A stretch of 64,000 nucleotides of DNA from Raja brachyura (Eukaryota). Each line of letters begins with the position of its first letter. The stretch's first letter is position 1. Positions 22,783-35,604 of the stretch are shown here, piece after piece. A program made the position numbers and the translations under genes. Location: NCBI GenBank assembly GCA_963514005.1, contig OY740794.1, forward strand, positions 42,780,001 through 42,844,000. Reading direction: 5' to 3'. Below the pieces are notes generated by a model, which saw only the letters and a list, made by a program, of their open reading frames with translations, made no database searches and was not told where the DNA came from.

Positions 22783-22986
22783 ATAGACACAAAATCCTGG
22801 AGTAACTCAGCGGGCCAGGCAGCATCTCTAGGAAAAGGAATAGGTAATGTTTTGGGTCGAGTCTGACGAAGGGTCTTGACCCGAAACTTCACCTATTCCG
22901 TATCTCCAGAGATGCTGCCTGAGGTTCTCCAGCATTTTGTGTCTTATCTTCATTGTAAACCAGCACCTGCATTTCCCCCTTACACA
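22783..22986. mobile_element. Penelope pLTR fold-back inserted in a SINE tail
   Basis: Inverted arms with CTGACGA..GAAAC at ~22863-22887. Confidence 0.78.
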
Positions 22987-23547
22987 TTACACTAAACTAG
23001 AGTTGTAATATTTTATAAGGTGTTACTTAGAAGTCGTTTAAAAAAGATGAGAGATTTGACAGTCCAGCACTTACCATTGCCTTGCGTGGAGAGTCTGGAT
23101 TTATGTGCTCAGTTGTCATGAGTGGCAGTGGAAGCCGTGAGTTGACTCAGAAGGAAGCATATGCTATCAACTGAGTCACGACTGACTCTTAACGCCTTCA
23201 TTTGCAACACTTGAAGAGGTTGTGAAAGATTTAATTGATGACAGATCTCCTTTTCGTGAATGTGTTGCCGCATTTTTAAAGGGGCCACCATCTGCAAGAG
23301 AGAGTGTTTGACATGACTGCTGGCTTGTTTGCAGATTTTTATTGCTGCATTTCTCAGCGAGACATGCATCATCTGCACAGGATGTTGTGGTGAATCCAGG
23401 AGCACACCTATCCTGAAACACAGAACCACCACTGTTTCACTTGTGGGTGTGATTTATGACTCTAAACGGGATCCAAGATGATTTCTTGAATTTACATCCT
23501 GGCTTGTTTTACACTGGCAGTGGCACCTGCCTCAAATATGTGAAACA

Positions 23548-24890
23548 TATAGAGCACAGCACTACAGGAACAGGCCCTTCATCCGGCACAGTGGCGTAGT
23601 GGTAAAGCTAACAACTTACAGCGCCGAAGACCCGGGTTCGATCCTGACTACGGATGCTGTCTGTACGGAGTTTGTATGTTCTCCCTGTGACCGCGAAGGT
23701 TTTCGCCGAGATCTTTGGTTTCCTCCTACACTCCAAAGACGTACAGGTTTGTAGGTTAATTGGTTTGGTGTAAATGTAAAATTGTCTCTAGTGTGTGCAG
23801 GGTAGTGTTAATGTGTGGGGATCGTTGCTCGGTGGGATGAAGGGACTGTTTTTGTGCTGTATCTCTGAACTAAAACTAAACCAAACCCGCATGTCTGCAC
23901 CAATGATGTTACCAGACTAAACTAATCCCATCTGCTGCACATGGTCTGTATATCTCCATCCCCTGCCTCTTCATGTGTTTGATGAAACATCATTGAAATG
24001 TTATCATATTCCTCCACCTCCCCTATTAGCATGTTCCTGGCACCTATCACTGTGTTTAAACAAAAACATTTCCCACACAAGTCTCCTTTAGGCTTTACTA
24101 GTTTCACGTTAAACCCATGCCCTCTATCATTTGGCATTTCCACCCAGAGTAAATAACTATATACCCTATCTCAGTTCAGTTTAGTTTTTTGTCACCTGAA
24201 ATGGGGTACAGTGAAAAACTTTTGGTGCGTGCTATTTAGTCAGCAAAAAGACAATAAAAAAGACAATACATGATCATAATCGAGCCATTTACATGGATAT
24301 ATATGTGATACGGGAATAACATTTAGTGCAAGATGAAGCCAGCAGTCTATGCATCTCATAATTTTATATTCCTCCAACGTTCCAGTAAAAACAATTCCAA
24401 GTTTGTTCGATTTCGCCTTCCAGCAAAGACCCTCTAATCCTCTTCTACGCCCTCTCCAACTCTTCAGATCCACCTTATAGTCGACAATCCACACTACTCA
24501 CAGTATTCCAAATGTGGCCTAACTAAAGTTTCATACAGTTGCACCCAACTTTTATATTTATGCCTCACCCGACGAAGGCAAGCATGCCATGCGCCATCTT
24601 TACCAATGCATTTCTGTTGCTATTTTCAGGGAACAATGGACTTGTACCCCAAGATCCATCCGTACATCAGTGTCCTGTTATTGACTGATTTTATTTTTAT
24701 TTTTTTAATTAATGTCCAAAAGGCATCATCTCACAATTATCCAGGTTATGTTCCACTCGCCATTTCTCCATCCAATTTTTCAACTGATTTATATATTGTT
24801 ATGATGTTTGATAACCACCTTCACATTTCCACACCTTTGCCACATTTCCCACCATCTGCAAACCTACTAATCGGACCATCAATATTTTAA
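23548..24890 (-). mobile_element. Old CR1 fragment interrupted by an HE1 SINE (23585-23883, +) and a Rex 3' UTR piece (~24170-24340, -)
   Basis: CR1 3' tail at 23548-23584 resumes at 23886; degenerate RT sequence to ~24890. Confidence 0.7.
23585..23883 (+). mobile_element. HE1-type V-SINE
   Basis: GGCACAGTGGCGTAGTGGTA..GGGTTCGATCC head, core, tail. Confidence 0.88.
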
Positions 24891-24895
24891 TTTAA

Positions 24896-25200
24896 GTTTA
24901 TATTAGTTTAGAAAGACAGCGTGGACACAGACCCTTGGCACCACCAAGTCCATGCTGACCACGGCCACCCGTACACTAGTTCTATTCTACGCACGTGAGT
25001 GAGATAAATCAGAGAAGCCGATTAACCTACAAACCTGCACGTCTTTGCAGTGTAGGAGGTAACCAGAGTACCTGGAGAAAACCCACGCAGTCACAGGGAA
25101 AACGTACAAACTCCGCACAGACAGCACCCGTGGTCAGGATCAAACCCAGGTCTCTGGGACTACAAGGTAGCAGCTTTATCGCTGCACCACTGTGCCGCCC
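24896..25200 (-). mobile_element. HE1-type V-SINE
   Basis: Reverse-complement head, core and tail. Confidence 0.85.
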
Positions 25201-25290
25201 AGATTTTCATCCAATATGTTTTACAAACAGTTGGGGTCCCAGCAGTGAGCAGTGCAGAACGCCACCGGTCACAAATCTCCAATCAGAAAA

Positions 25291-25572
25291 ACAGTGGCAC
25301 AGCAGTAGAGTTGCTGCTTTACAGCATCAGAGGCCCAGGTTCAATCCTGACCACAGGTGCTGTCTGTATGGAGTTTGTACGATCTCCCCGCGACCTAGGT
25401 GGATTTTCTCCGAGATCTTCGGTTTCCTCCCACATTCCAAAGGTTTGTAAGTTAATTGGCTTGGTAAAAGTGTGGAAATTGTCCCCAGTGACTGTAGGGG
25501 ATAGTGTGAACATGTAGTCGCTGTGGACCCGGTGGGCTGAAGGGCCTGTTTCTGTGCTGTATCTCTAAACTA
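25291..25572 (+). mobile_element. HE1-type V-SINE
   Basis: Head, core and tail. Confidence 0.85.
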
Positions 25573-26383
25573 ATAATAATCGCAATAAAAATAACAAAAC
25601 TTGTGTAAAAGAAGCAACTCGGTTTGATAGAGCTGAACCTGTAAAGCTGGTGCCCACTAATGCTCAGCGTAACTCTCCTACATGTCAGAGTTGTTCATCT
25701 GAAGAGTTAACTGGTTTTCAAAAAAAGGTCATGCTTCAATGCAAGGTCTCAAATGGAAAGGTGGTGTGTGTGTATGTGTGTGTGTGCGCTGCTCATTTAT
25801 TTTTAAATACAGACATAAACACACCTGAGAATTTCACTCTAACTAGAGAGCTAATGGAGCCTGGTCTCTGTGGAATGAATGCTGTAACTGGGAAACAGCT
25901 GTTACGTGTCTGAGAAAAAATGTAGTTTGAGCAGAGCATCCTATTGAAGTCAGTGCACCAGGGAGTTTATGCACTTCCTCATCTTTGGAACTTTTTCGAT
26001 ATGTGCCTGGACTTTGATTTTGTTTTGTAAAGTAAGACGTGTATTGAAGTAATAAAATAAAAATGTCTGTGAGGCAAGCTATCTTTCAATCTGTTGAATA
26101 TCTATCTCCCTTGCTGTATTAGATTCGACATTAGAGGAGATCAACCTGTGCTAGTGACTCTCCAAGGATGCCATCATTAGCAGATGGGTCAGTGGCCATC
26201 AGTGTATTCAGCTTCCCCCGAAATTGAGATACAATGTTCTCACCTGGAGTCAGATGGAATCTCCAATCCATCCATTTATGTAGAGTGGGGGAGGCACGTG
26301 AGGAGTGTGTTGAAACGAGGATAGGAACAGCAGATGTGGATTTGTGGTGGGGATTAAGAACATGGCTTTAATCCTCACTGTAG

Positions 26384-26738
26384 ATAATAGACAATAGGTG
26401 CAGGAGTAGGCCATTCGGCCCTTCGAGCCATTCAATGTGATCATGGCTGATCATCCCCAATCAGTATCCCGTTCCTGCCTCCTCCCCATATCCCCTGACT
26501 CCGCTATTTTTAAGAGCCCTATCTAGCTCTCTCTTGAAAGCATCCAGAGAACCTGCCTCCACCGCCCTCTGAGCAGAGAATTCCACAGACTCACCACACT
26601 CTGTGAGAAAAAGTGTTTCCTCGTCTCCGTTCTAAATGGCTTACTCCTTATTCTTAAACTGTGGCCCCTGGTTCTGGTCTCCCCCAACATCGGGAACATG
26701 TTTCCTGCCTCTAGCGTGTCCAAGCCCTTAACAATCTT
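26384..26738 (-). mobile_element. Young CR1/HER1 LINE 3' end
   Basis: KIVKGLDTLEAGNMFPMLGETRTRGHSLRIR; TSD CTGTAG at 26378-83 / 26739-44. Confidence 0.9.
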
Positions 26739-26973
26739 CTGTAGGCATCTTAAACTTCTGCTCAGCAAGACTGCCCAGGAGGTGTGGGTGGATAGGGCTG
26801 ACAGGGTACAAGGGTGGCAGAGGCAACTGCTGGCTAGAGGGGTTGAGCGGTGAAGATCAGAGAGAGGAATAGTATTCGCGAAGACCAAGACGTGGTCGGT
26901 GGAAGTAATGGTGTGATTGAACAGATTGCTGGCTCCAGAAATATGGTGAATTGAGGGCCACACATCAGCAAGT

Positions 26974-28562
26974 TGAAATTTCTCCACCTACTTCAATCTG
27001 CACCCAAGATGAGGTGTTTCAAACCAGGGCATCGGAGATGTCATCATTCTTTAGGGAACGGGGGTTCCCCTCCTCGACTAGATGAGGCTCTCACCAGGGT
27101 TTCTTCTATACCCCGTAGCTCTGCTCTCACTCCCCATCCCCCCCCACTCATAACAAGGGCAGAGTTCCCCTTGTCCTCACCTTCCACCCTACCAGCCGTC
27201 ACATACAACAGATAATCCTCCGACATTTTCCCCACCTCCAACGGGATCCCACCACTGGCCACATCTTCCCATCTTCTCCCCTTTCGGCTTTCTGCAGAGA
27301 CCGCTCCCTCCATAACTCTCTGGTCAATTTGTTCCTTCCCACCCAAACAACCCCCTCCCCTGCTACTTTCCCTTGCAACCGCAGGAAATGCTACAGTTGT
27401 CACTTTACCACCCCCCTTGACTCCATCCAAGGACCCAAGTAGTCTTTCCAGGTGCGGCAGCGGTTCATCTGCACCACCTCCAACCTCATCTATTACACCC
27501 GCTGCTCTAGGTGTCAGCTGATCTAAATCAGTGAGACCCAGCGTAGGCTTGGCGACCGCTTTGCCCAACACCTCTGCTTGGTATGCAACAACCAACCTGA
27601 TCTCCCAGTGGCTCAGCACTTAAATTCCCCCTCTCATTCTGAATCTGGCCTTTCTGTCCTGGGCCTCCTCCATGGCCAGAGTGAGTCCCACCGTCAATTG
27701 GAGGAGCAGGACCTCATTTCGCTTGGGTAGTTTACACCCCAGCGGTATGAACATTGACTTATCCAATTTCAAGTAGTCCTGTCTGAAGAAGGGTCTCGAC
27801 CCGAAACGTTACCCATCTCCTTCGCTCCTTAGATGCTGCTGCACCCGCTGAGTTTCTCCAGCCTTTTGTGTACCTTCAGGTAGTCCGTGCTTTCTCCCTC
27901 CTTTTAGAAACATAGAAACATAGAAAATAGGTGCAGGAGTAGGCCATTCGGCCCTTCGAGCCTGCACCGCCATTCGATGTGATCATGGCTGATCATCCAA
28001 CTCAGTATCCCGTACCTGCCTTCTCTCCATACCCCCTGATCCCTTTAGCCACAAGTGCCACATCTAACGCCCTCTTAAATATAGCCAATGAACTGGCCTC
28101 AACTACCTTCTGTGGCAGAGAATTCCAGAGACTCACGACTCTCTGTGTAAAGAATGTTTTCCTCATTTCGGTCCTAAAGGAATTCCCCCTTATCCTTAGA
28201 CTGTGACCCCTTGTTCTGGACTCCCCCAACATCGGGAACAATCTTCCAGCATCTAGCTTGTCCAACCCCTTAAGAATTTTGTAAGTTTCTATAAGATCCC
28301 CCCTCAATCTTCTAAATTCCAGCGAGTACAAGCCGAGTCTATCCAATCTTTCCTCATATGAAAGTCCTGACATCCCAGGACTTTTCTCAGCTGTCCCTCA
28401 GCCCACTGTCTCCACCTCTTGCATTCTTTTTCCTGACCCCACCCCCACATGAGTCTCAAGAAGGGTCTCGTTCTAAATTTTAACTGGAGACCTGAAGTCA
28501 CCTATTCCTTCGCTCCATAGATGCTACCTCACCCGCTGAGTTTTTCCAGCATTTTTGTCTAT
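26974..28562 (+). mobile_element. Penelope element 3' half (RT end and GIY-YIG endonuclease) with tandem pLTRs; second pLTR interrupted by CR1
   Basis: TFPCNRRKCYSC..SNLIYYTRCSRCQLI*ISETQRRLGDRFAQH..PVAQHLN; intact hammerhead core at 27783-27809. Confidence 0.9.
27906..28380 (-). mobile_element. Young CR1/HER1 LINE 3' end
   Basis: ORF 28002-28373 (LSYEERLDRLGLYSLEFRRLRGDLIETYKIL..QRVVSLWNSLP); short-repeat tail; probable TSD CTTTT. Confidence 0.92.
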
Positions 28563-29344
28563 GTTAAAAGTCAAGCTATCTTTTAATTTGTTGAATATCT
28601 CCCTTGCTGTATTAGATTCGTGTGTGCATTCTGTATTGGATAATCGATTTTAATGGATTATTTTGAGATAAAGGGAAGGACGTTGGGAGATTTTTGAAGA
28701 AAAGAGGGAGAAATGCATCTAAGAAAGAAAAACCTATGGAGCATTGGCGAAGAGTGGGAAAAATAGAGGGGGGAGGGAGAGGAGAAAGAAACGAAAGCTT
28801 TTAGAGAAATTACGGGCTTAATAACAGGATTAGGTGCAGGTAATTGCTATTGAACAGCAAGAGAGAGTGACACCACAGGGAAAGATGGATGGCAGGCCAG
28901 TGGTGTGAAAGGGGAGTATGGTGAGTGATTGAATAAATAAAGTGGAGGTGGCAGATTCAGGAGACCGTACTGGGAAGCAGCATGGTGAAGAGAGCCGGCA
29001 AACTAATTGAGGCGTAAAGTGAGCTAGAGTGGAAGTGTGGCAAGGTGAAGCGGGTCAGGGTGAACATATACGGGGAGGTGAAGAGAGCTGGAGTGAACAT
29101 GCAGAGGTGAAGCATATCAGGGTGAACATAGAACGGTGAAGAGAGGCTGCTAATTTGTTTTTCCAGATATCTGTATTGCGTATCATGTGGTAATAATGGC
29201 ACATGACATAACACAGCAGGGGGCAGACCAGGAGACAGTATTGGTGAGCAAAGAGCTGGGGTGGGATACATATGTTGAGACAGAGCATAGCAATAACTAA
29301 TTTTGAGACAAAAGCAAGGAGATAGCGGTGAAAGGCCAACGAAT

Positions 29345-29637
29345 GCCTCAGCGTCACAATGGTTGCCTTACAGCGCCAGAGACGAGGGTTCGATCCTGAT
29401 TACAGTTGCTGTCTGTGCGGAGTTTGTATGTTCTCCTTGTGACCGCGTGGGTTTTCTCCTGGTGTTCCGGTTTCCACCCACACTCTAAAGACGTGCAGGT
29501 TTGTAAGTTCATTGGCTTCAGTAAAATTGTAAATTGTTCCCTAGTGTGTAGGATTGTGCTAGCATACGGGGTGTCACTGGTCTGCATGGATTCGGTGGGC
29601 CGAAGGGCCCATTTATGCACTGCATCTCTGCTTCTAA
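29345..29637 (+). mobile_element. HE1-type V-SINE
   Basis: Head, core and tail. Confidence 0.85.
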
Positions 29638-29659
29638 AATCCAATGCAAATGGCTGGGT

Positions 29660-30038
29660 TGAAGGATTAACACCTGACTACAGAAAGCCCACATCCATGA
29701 GCAATGTCCTGAGTGCGATGGAAAGCTCTCCACTTGTCTGGATGAGTGCAGCTCCAGCAGCACTCAGCCTCTTCCAAGGCACACCCGCTTTGTTGGCAGC
29801 CATGCACGACCTTAAACATCTGTTTGCTCTCGTGCTGACACTCCGCACCATCGCGCAGTTGCACAGTGGTGATTTGCCCAAGCAGCTTTGAGAGTTCTTG
29901 CCAAGCACACAAACGCCACTCTGTTGACAGAAGGACAAGAGCAGGTTTGCACATCTGGGTTGGGAAGTAGGCCAATGAACCTACAGCTCATGCAGACGGC
30001 CGTGTGGGAGATGCTTCACTACAAGAATTGCAGCAGCC
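29660..30038 (+). mobile_element. Old CR1-group (L2-like) LINE RT C-terminal fragment
   Basis: VLSAMESSPLVWMSAAPAAL.. resembles the VRSVMEYSPLAWMSAAPTTL motif I recall from elasmobranch LINEs. Confidence 0.6.
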
Positions 30039-30380
30039 TTTTAGTTTTTGTTTTTAGTTTTAGAGATACAGCGCGGAAACAGGCCCTTCGGCCCATCGAG
30101 TCCGTGCCGACCAGCGATCCCCGCAGATTAATGCTATCCTACACATACTAGGAACTATTTACACTTATACCAAGTCTACAAACCCAAGCCAATTAACCTA
30201 CAAACCTGTACATCTGTGGAGTGTGGGAGGAAACCGAAGATCTCGGAAAAAAACCCATGCAGGTCACGGGGAGAATGTACAAACTCTGCATAGATAAACA
30301 ACCATAATCGGGATCGAATCTGCGACTTGGGTGCTGCAAGCGCAGTAAGGCAGCAACTCTACTGCTGCGCCACCGTGCCG
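30039..30380 (-). mobile_element. HE1-type V-SINE (variant with extra bases in the tRNA head)
   Basis: Reverse-complement head, core and tail; extra GCTTGCAGC resembles the copy at 60893. Confidence 0.85.
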
Positions 30381-31403
30381 TTGTCATCGAAGGTGCTTCA
30401 TTTCCTCATTTTAGAAGCAATTGGGGATAAGTAACATTTGCTGCTGCCTTTGTCAGTAACTCCCAACTAACACGAGAGAGTAAAACAACACGACAATCCA
30501 GGAAAGATCCAAATTCGGAGAAAGTGATGAAATATTCAAGGGCGTTGGGACAAACATCTGGAAAATATAGAGAGCAACACGTTGGGATAACAATAACAAG
30601 GGCAGGGAAATATGCAGACACGAGGTTCCAATGCTTGAAATAAAAGTGAGATGCATTGATAGAAAGGGACACGGCAGAGAAATTCATACTTTGCAACAAA
30701 GTAACATTAGCAGGGCAAACAACATCTCTGAGAAAGAGTCTCTTCCGGGGAACTCGCAACAAAACCATTAATATGACACTAAACCCTCGCTGTGCGCAGT
30801 GCAACCGCTTCTAAAATTACTGAGCCATATAAAATTGCAGATTTTAATTACTCCACAAGTGCCAAATTAGTTTGCAACCAGATAGGCTGCTTCATGAATA
30901 AGACAATGACCCTGGTCTCCAGTTAAAATTTAGAAAATAAGAATCTATGATCCGCAGACTAATTGGACAGTAAGAGACGAGGATTTTAGTGCCAGCTGAC
31001 CTTTCCTCTATTAATGAGGAAATTGGGAGTAAGAACTCTTGCGCATCTGATAGGGGATTTGCAAGGGGCGCATTTTAAAAAGAAAAAAAACCCACAGGAG
31101 AAGAAGTCAAGGGCAGGAGAATACAAATGAGCTGTCCAGGATACCTTCCGCTGCGGACTTGTATGAAGACGGCCCAGTATTTATCATTGCAAGGGAAAAG
31201 CAGAAGGATTGATAGCAATTCATTAACTTGGCGCTTTGGGAATAGCCACCTTCTAAGCTGAAACTAGCTTTTTACCCCAGTGTTCTGACATTATGGACTG
31301 TGAGCTCGGATAGCACCAAGCCAGCTATGCACTGAATAGAGACAGAAAAAACATCAGGTATTGGAATGTTGAGCAAACTACCAAGTGTTGGAGGGACTCA
31401 GCA

Positions 31404-31710
31404 TTTTAGTTTAGTTTAGAGATTCAGCACAAAAACAGGCCCTTTGGCCCACCGAATCCACGCCGACCAGTGATCCCTGCACATTAACACAATCCTACAC
31501 ACACCAGGGACAATTTACAATTTTTTACCAAGCCAATTAACCTACAAACCAGTGCGTTTTTGGAGTGTGGGAGGAAACGGGAGCGCCTGGGGAAAACCCT
31601 CGCAGGTCACGGGGAAAACGTACAAACTCCGTACACACAGCATCCGTGGACACAATCAAACCGGGGTCTCTGGCGCTGTAAGGCAGCAACTCTACCGCTG
31701 CTCCACTGTG
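31404..31710 (-). mobile_element. HE1-type V-SINE
   Basis: Reverse-complement head, core and tail. Confidence 0.87.
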
Positions 31711-32857
31711 AAGCCCACTGTGGAGATAATGGACACGCAATGTTAAGGGTCATTGTCTGAAGGAAAGGGCCTGGACCAGAATTGTCGCCTGTCCATTCCC
31801 TTCCTTGATGCTGTCTGACCCGCTAAGTCACTCCAGCACTTGGTACTCTGCACACCTAATAGTGTGGGGATCAGTATTCTTTAATTACAAGACACTTTTC
31901 ACAGACATGATTTTTCACAGCTAAACTCTGATGGTGACTTTGATTCAGAAATATTTAATTAATTGAAGAAAGCTCCAAAATATTTTGACCGCATGTATAA
32001 ATGAATTTGTTCCTTTCAGTAAGTTTTAAGAAATTCATAAGCTTTGTTACTGCAGCTCTGTCTTGCCTTTATATGTGTTAAAAAGCTGACTGTGGATGTA
32101 TAGGCCTCTTGCCATTGACTGCATCCATGATATCAATTCCTCGCACCATCCACCCTAGTCATTGGGAGCTTGACGTTTTGCAAGATATTTAAGCTACATG
32201 TCCGCGTGTGCTGTGATTAGAGGAATTAACTCAAGGAGTTTTAATCAAAGAGTCAGCCCCTGCTTTATTATGAATTCGTTGAGGCGCTGCACATGGAAAC
32301 CAACAGCAACAACACTTTTATGCCTTCAATATGTGAATGCACTTAGTGCAATAAATTCAATGCCATTGGCATCTTAATGTGGAGTAGAAGGGGCAGAGAG
32401 ATTAAAATTTGTATTTAAAATAAGCCAACAGGAAATTTAGCCTGACTTTTACGTTTTTAACCAGCGCCATTATAGTGCCCTGCATGTAAGTCAGTTGGAG
32501 AAATAGAAATGTGTTCCGTCATTTGAAGCAGGCGATTGAAGTTGGCTCTCGGCCAGAGGGAATCCTGTGGGACAAAGGGAGGAGGCTGGAGACGATGTTG
32601 AGGCCATGGTTTCAATGTAACATCTTGTTGAATAATGAATTGGTTCAAGAACGCCCCAAGTTCACGAGCTGCTTGTAACCGTAATTCCTGTGTTTCTACA
32701 AGCTGCTAATTTATACTGCAGGTAAGGAGAGAAAAAAAATGGATAAATGAGTTAAAGCACAATCTTCCAATTAGTAAGCTGGCAATCAGCAGTCCGTATT
32801 TCTCCAAGTAGGGAGATGGTTGTTTCCCCATACGATATATTAAAGCCCACTGCTGCC

Positions 32858-33166
32858 TTTAGACTTTAGAGATACAGCTTGGAAACAGGCTGTTTGGCAC
32901 ACTGAGTCTATGCCGACCAGCGATCACACCATACACTAGCACAATCCTACACACGGGGCAATTTACAATTTTACCAAAGCCTATTAATCTACAAACCTGT
33001 ACGTCTTTGGATTTTGGGAGGAAACGAAAGCTCCCAGAGTAAACCCACGCGGTAAACCCACAGAGAGAATGTGCAAATTCCGTATGTACAGCATCCATAG
33101 TCAGGATCGAACGCAAGTCTCTGACGCTGTAAGGCAGCAACTCTACCGTTGCACAACCGTGCCGCC
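32858..33166 (-). mobile_element. HE1-type V-SINE
   Basis: Reverse-complement head, core and tail. Confidence 0.87.
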
Positions 33167-33549
33167 TGTTGATGTCAATCAACTGGAAGTGCTTGAATAT
33201 CAGCTTTGACTTTCAGCTGTTACTGAAATCTTTAAAATGGCAATACTTAAATCGCACTCTGTTTCTACTTAGCTGAGGTGCTAATATTTTAATAAATGTG
33301 CCACATTTGTGCAGTTGATGAATAGACACAGCATCACAAAATTCTTTGGGATATGTCTTTCTCCTGTGATACTGAGGCTTGCAATGAGCCTGTTTGTTGG
33401 GTGACACAATTCAATACTCCGTTGGCTAAAGAATCATTCAGCTCTCCCAAGTACAAAGATCTTTACTTTTAGATAAAGTAAATCAAAAAGTTTTTGGTGG
33501 GAGGCAAAATATCTAGTTTGGAGATTGTGATATTTCATGGATATTTCAC

Positions 33550-34030
33550 CTCAAGTGTCGAGAGTGTTTTATTGTCATGTGTCTCGAAATGGAACAATGA
33601 AATTCTTGCTTGCAGCAGCACAGCAGATATGTAAACATAGTACTCTGTAATAAATCCCGTAATAAACAACAAAAAAGTTCAGAATATAATTTTAAAAAAC
33701 AGTCAAATAAATAAACAATGATAGTGCAAAGTTAAAAATAATGCTCCCGTCTACATAGTTCAGAGCCTATTTGGAGGTTGTAGTGTTTAATAGCCTGATG
33801 GGTGTAGGTAAGAAGCTGCACCTGAACCTGCACGTAACAGTTTTCAGGCTCTTGTACCTTCTTCCCGATGGCAGGAGCGAAATGAGAGCGTGGCCAAGGT
33901 GGTGCGGGTCTCTGATGATGTGTATGTGTGAGGCAGCGTTTTTGAGGCAGCGACTCTCGTGAATTCCTTCGATGGTGGGGAGGTCAGTGCCCGTGATGAA
34001 CTGGGCAGTGTTTACCACTTTTTGCAAACT
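33550..34030 (-). mobile_element. Rex1/Babar-type LINE 3' end
   Basis: QKVVNTAQFITGTDLPTIEGI..IIRDPHHLGHALISLLPSGRRYKSLK..PIRLLN plus 3' UTR ending GACAATAAAAC. Confidence 0.85.
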
Positions 34031-34824
34031 TCTTCTTTAGCTGGGCTTTTTGCTGAATCCTTCCCACTGTATTTAATGCTGTGTTCCAATTTTTTTCACA
34101 TCAGCTGTTATTTTTTTGGATACCCTGGCTTCACATCATCCGGGTGAGCAAGTACATGACTGGGGCCCAGGAATGTGGACAATGTTGGCTACAGTAGTGG
34201 GCTTCGGATCAAACCACGTCCAGATGTTGGCCATTTCCTTCACAAGAATTGATGGGCAGATAAAAGTCTGAGCCAGAACGCCTGCTGTTTTCATATTTTG
34301 TTTGGGTTCTCGCCCCCATTTGTTCAGATCATCATTTGCATTCCTGTCATTGGTGACATTTGTAGAGCGAAGCAGCAGATGGAATCTGTCAGAATGACGT
34401 GTTGAATTAAGGTCAACCATATTCATGATTTGCAAGTATGCTTTCAGTCTGCTTTTCAGTTCACCTATGTCCCTATTTCTCATGGCTGGAAAGGGATCTG
34501 CAAACGATAGTTTGTAATAAAGAGGAACTGCGGATGCTGGTTTCTACCAAACATACACACAAAATGCTGGAGTAACTCAGTGGGTCAGGCAAGATAAGTG
34601 CCTGTATATGGTTTATACAGAGATTTCAATAAATTCAATAAAAAATTGCTCAAACTTAATTTCTTAGAATTCAGTGTTTCAAGCTGAATGAAGTTTTTTA
34701 TAATGCCACACAAACAGATGTCCGAAAATGATTGGCAAAATGAGAAAAAGCTAACTTATCATGCCATACCTGGGAGTTGGAACAATGATCAATGATTAAT
34801 CAACCATACTTTATTGTCACATGT

Positions 34825-35150
34825 TCAGAATTAAAGGACATTCTTTAAGGAAGGAGATGAGGAACCATTTCTTTAGTCAGAGGGTGGTGAATCTGTGGAA
34901 TTCTTTGCCACAGAAGGCTGTGGAGGCCAAATCAGTGGATATTTTTAAGGCAGAAGTAGATTCTTGATTAGTACAGGTGTCAGAGGTTATGGTGAGAAGG
35001 CAGGAGAATGGGGTTAAGAGATAGATAGATTCTTGATTAGCACAGTGGTCAGAGATTATGAGGAGAAGGCAGGAGAATGGGGTTAGGAGGGAGAGGGGGA
35101 TCAGCCGTGATTGAATGGCCTAATTCTACTTCTTTCCCATATTACCATAT
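34825..35150 (+). mobile_element. CR1/HER1 LINE 3' end with an internal ~70-bp tandem duplication
   Basis: AGATTCTTGATTAG..GAGAATGGGGTTA occurs twice. Confidence 0.82.
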
Positions 35151-35604
35151 GATGTTGCATTTCTTTCTTCCTTTATTATTTTTGGAAGCACAAAGGGCAG
35201 GGAATGCGGCAGAGTGAATGACCGATCTTATCTCCTCAATCTATGAACTATAAGGATAGCAAGACTGAGGGAATGACAGAGAAGGAAACATGTGGATTAG
35301 GGTCAAATTACTTTCAGATGGAAAATGGAAATCGGATTGAGGGAGGGGGTAAAATTAGCGTTGAAGGAATACGAAGCTCCTCGTTAACGAGTACTTACAT
35401 CCAGGTTCGACCTGAGGCTGCTTTCCCCCTAGTTTACAACATAAATCCTACCACTTTGTCTTGAAGACTCTGCCGTGTTTGCAAGAGCAGGATTCATCCA
35501 GTAAATGGATCCATGCTTTACGCATTCTAACAATGATAGCAGCGAGGAATTAACTTTTCCACAAAATAGGTGATAATGAGTGTCGGCCACACTGTGGGAA
35601 GTGA

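Noticed and set aside
28980-29150. Degenerate GGTGAAG/GGTGAAC periodicity
   Set aside because: Decayed minisatellite with no further structure.
34136-34483. 115-aa minus-strand ORF
   Set aside because: No recognisable homology or supporting exon structure.
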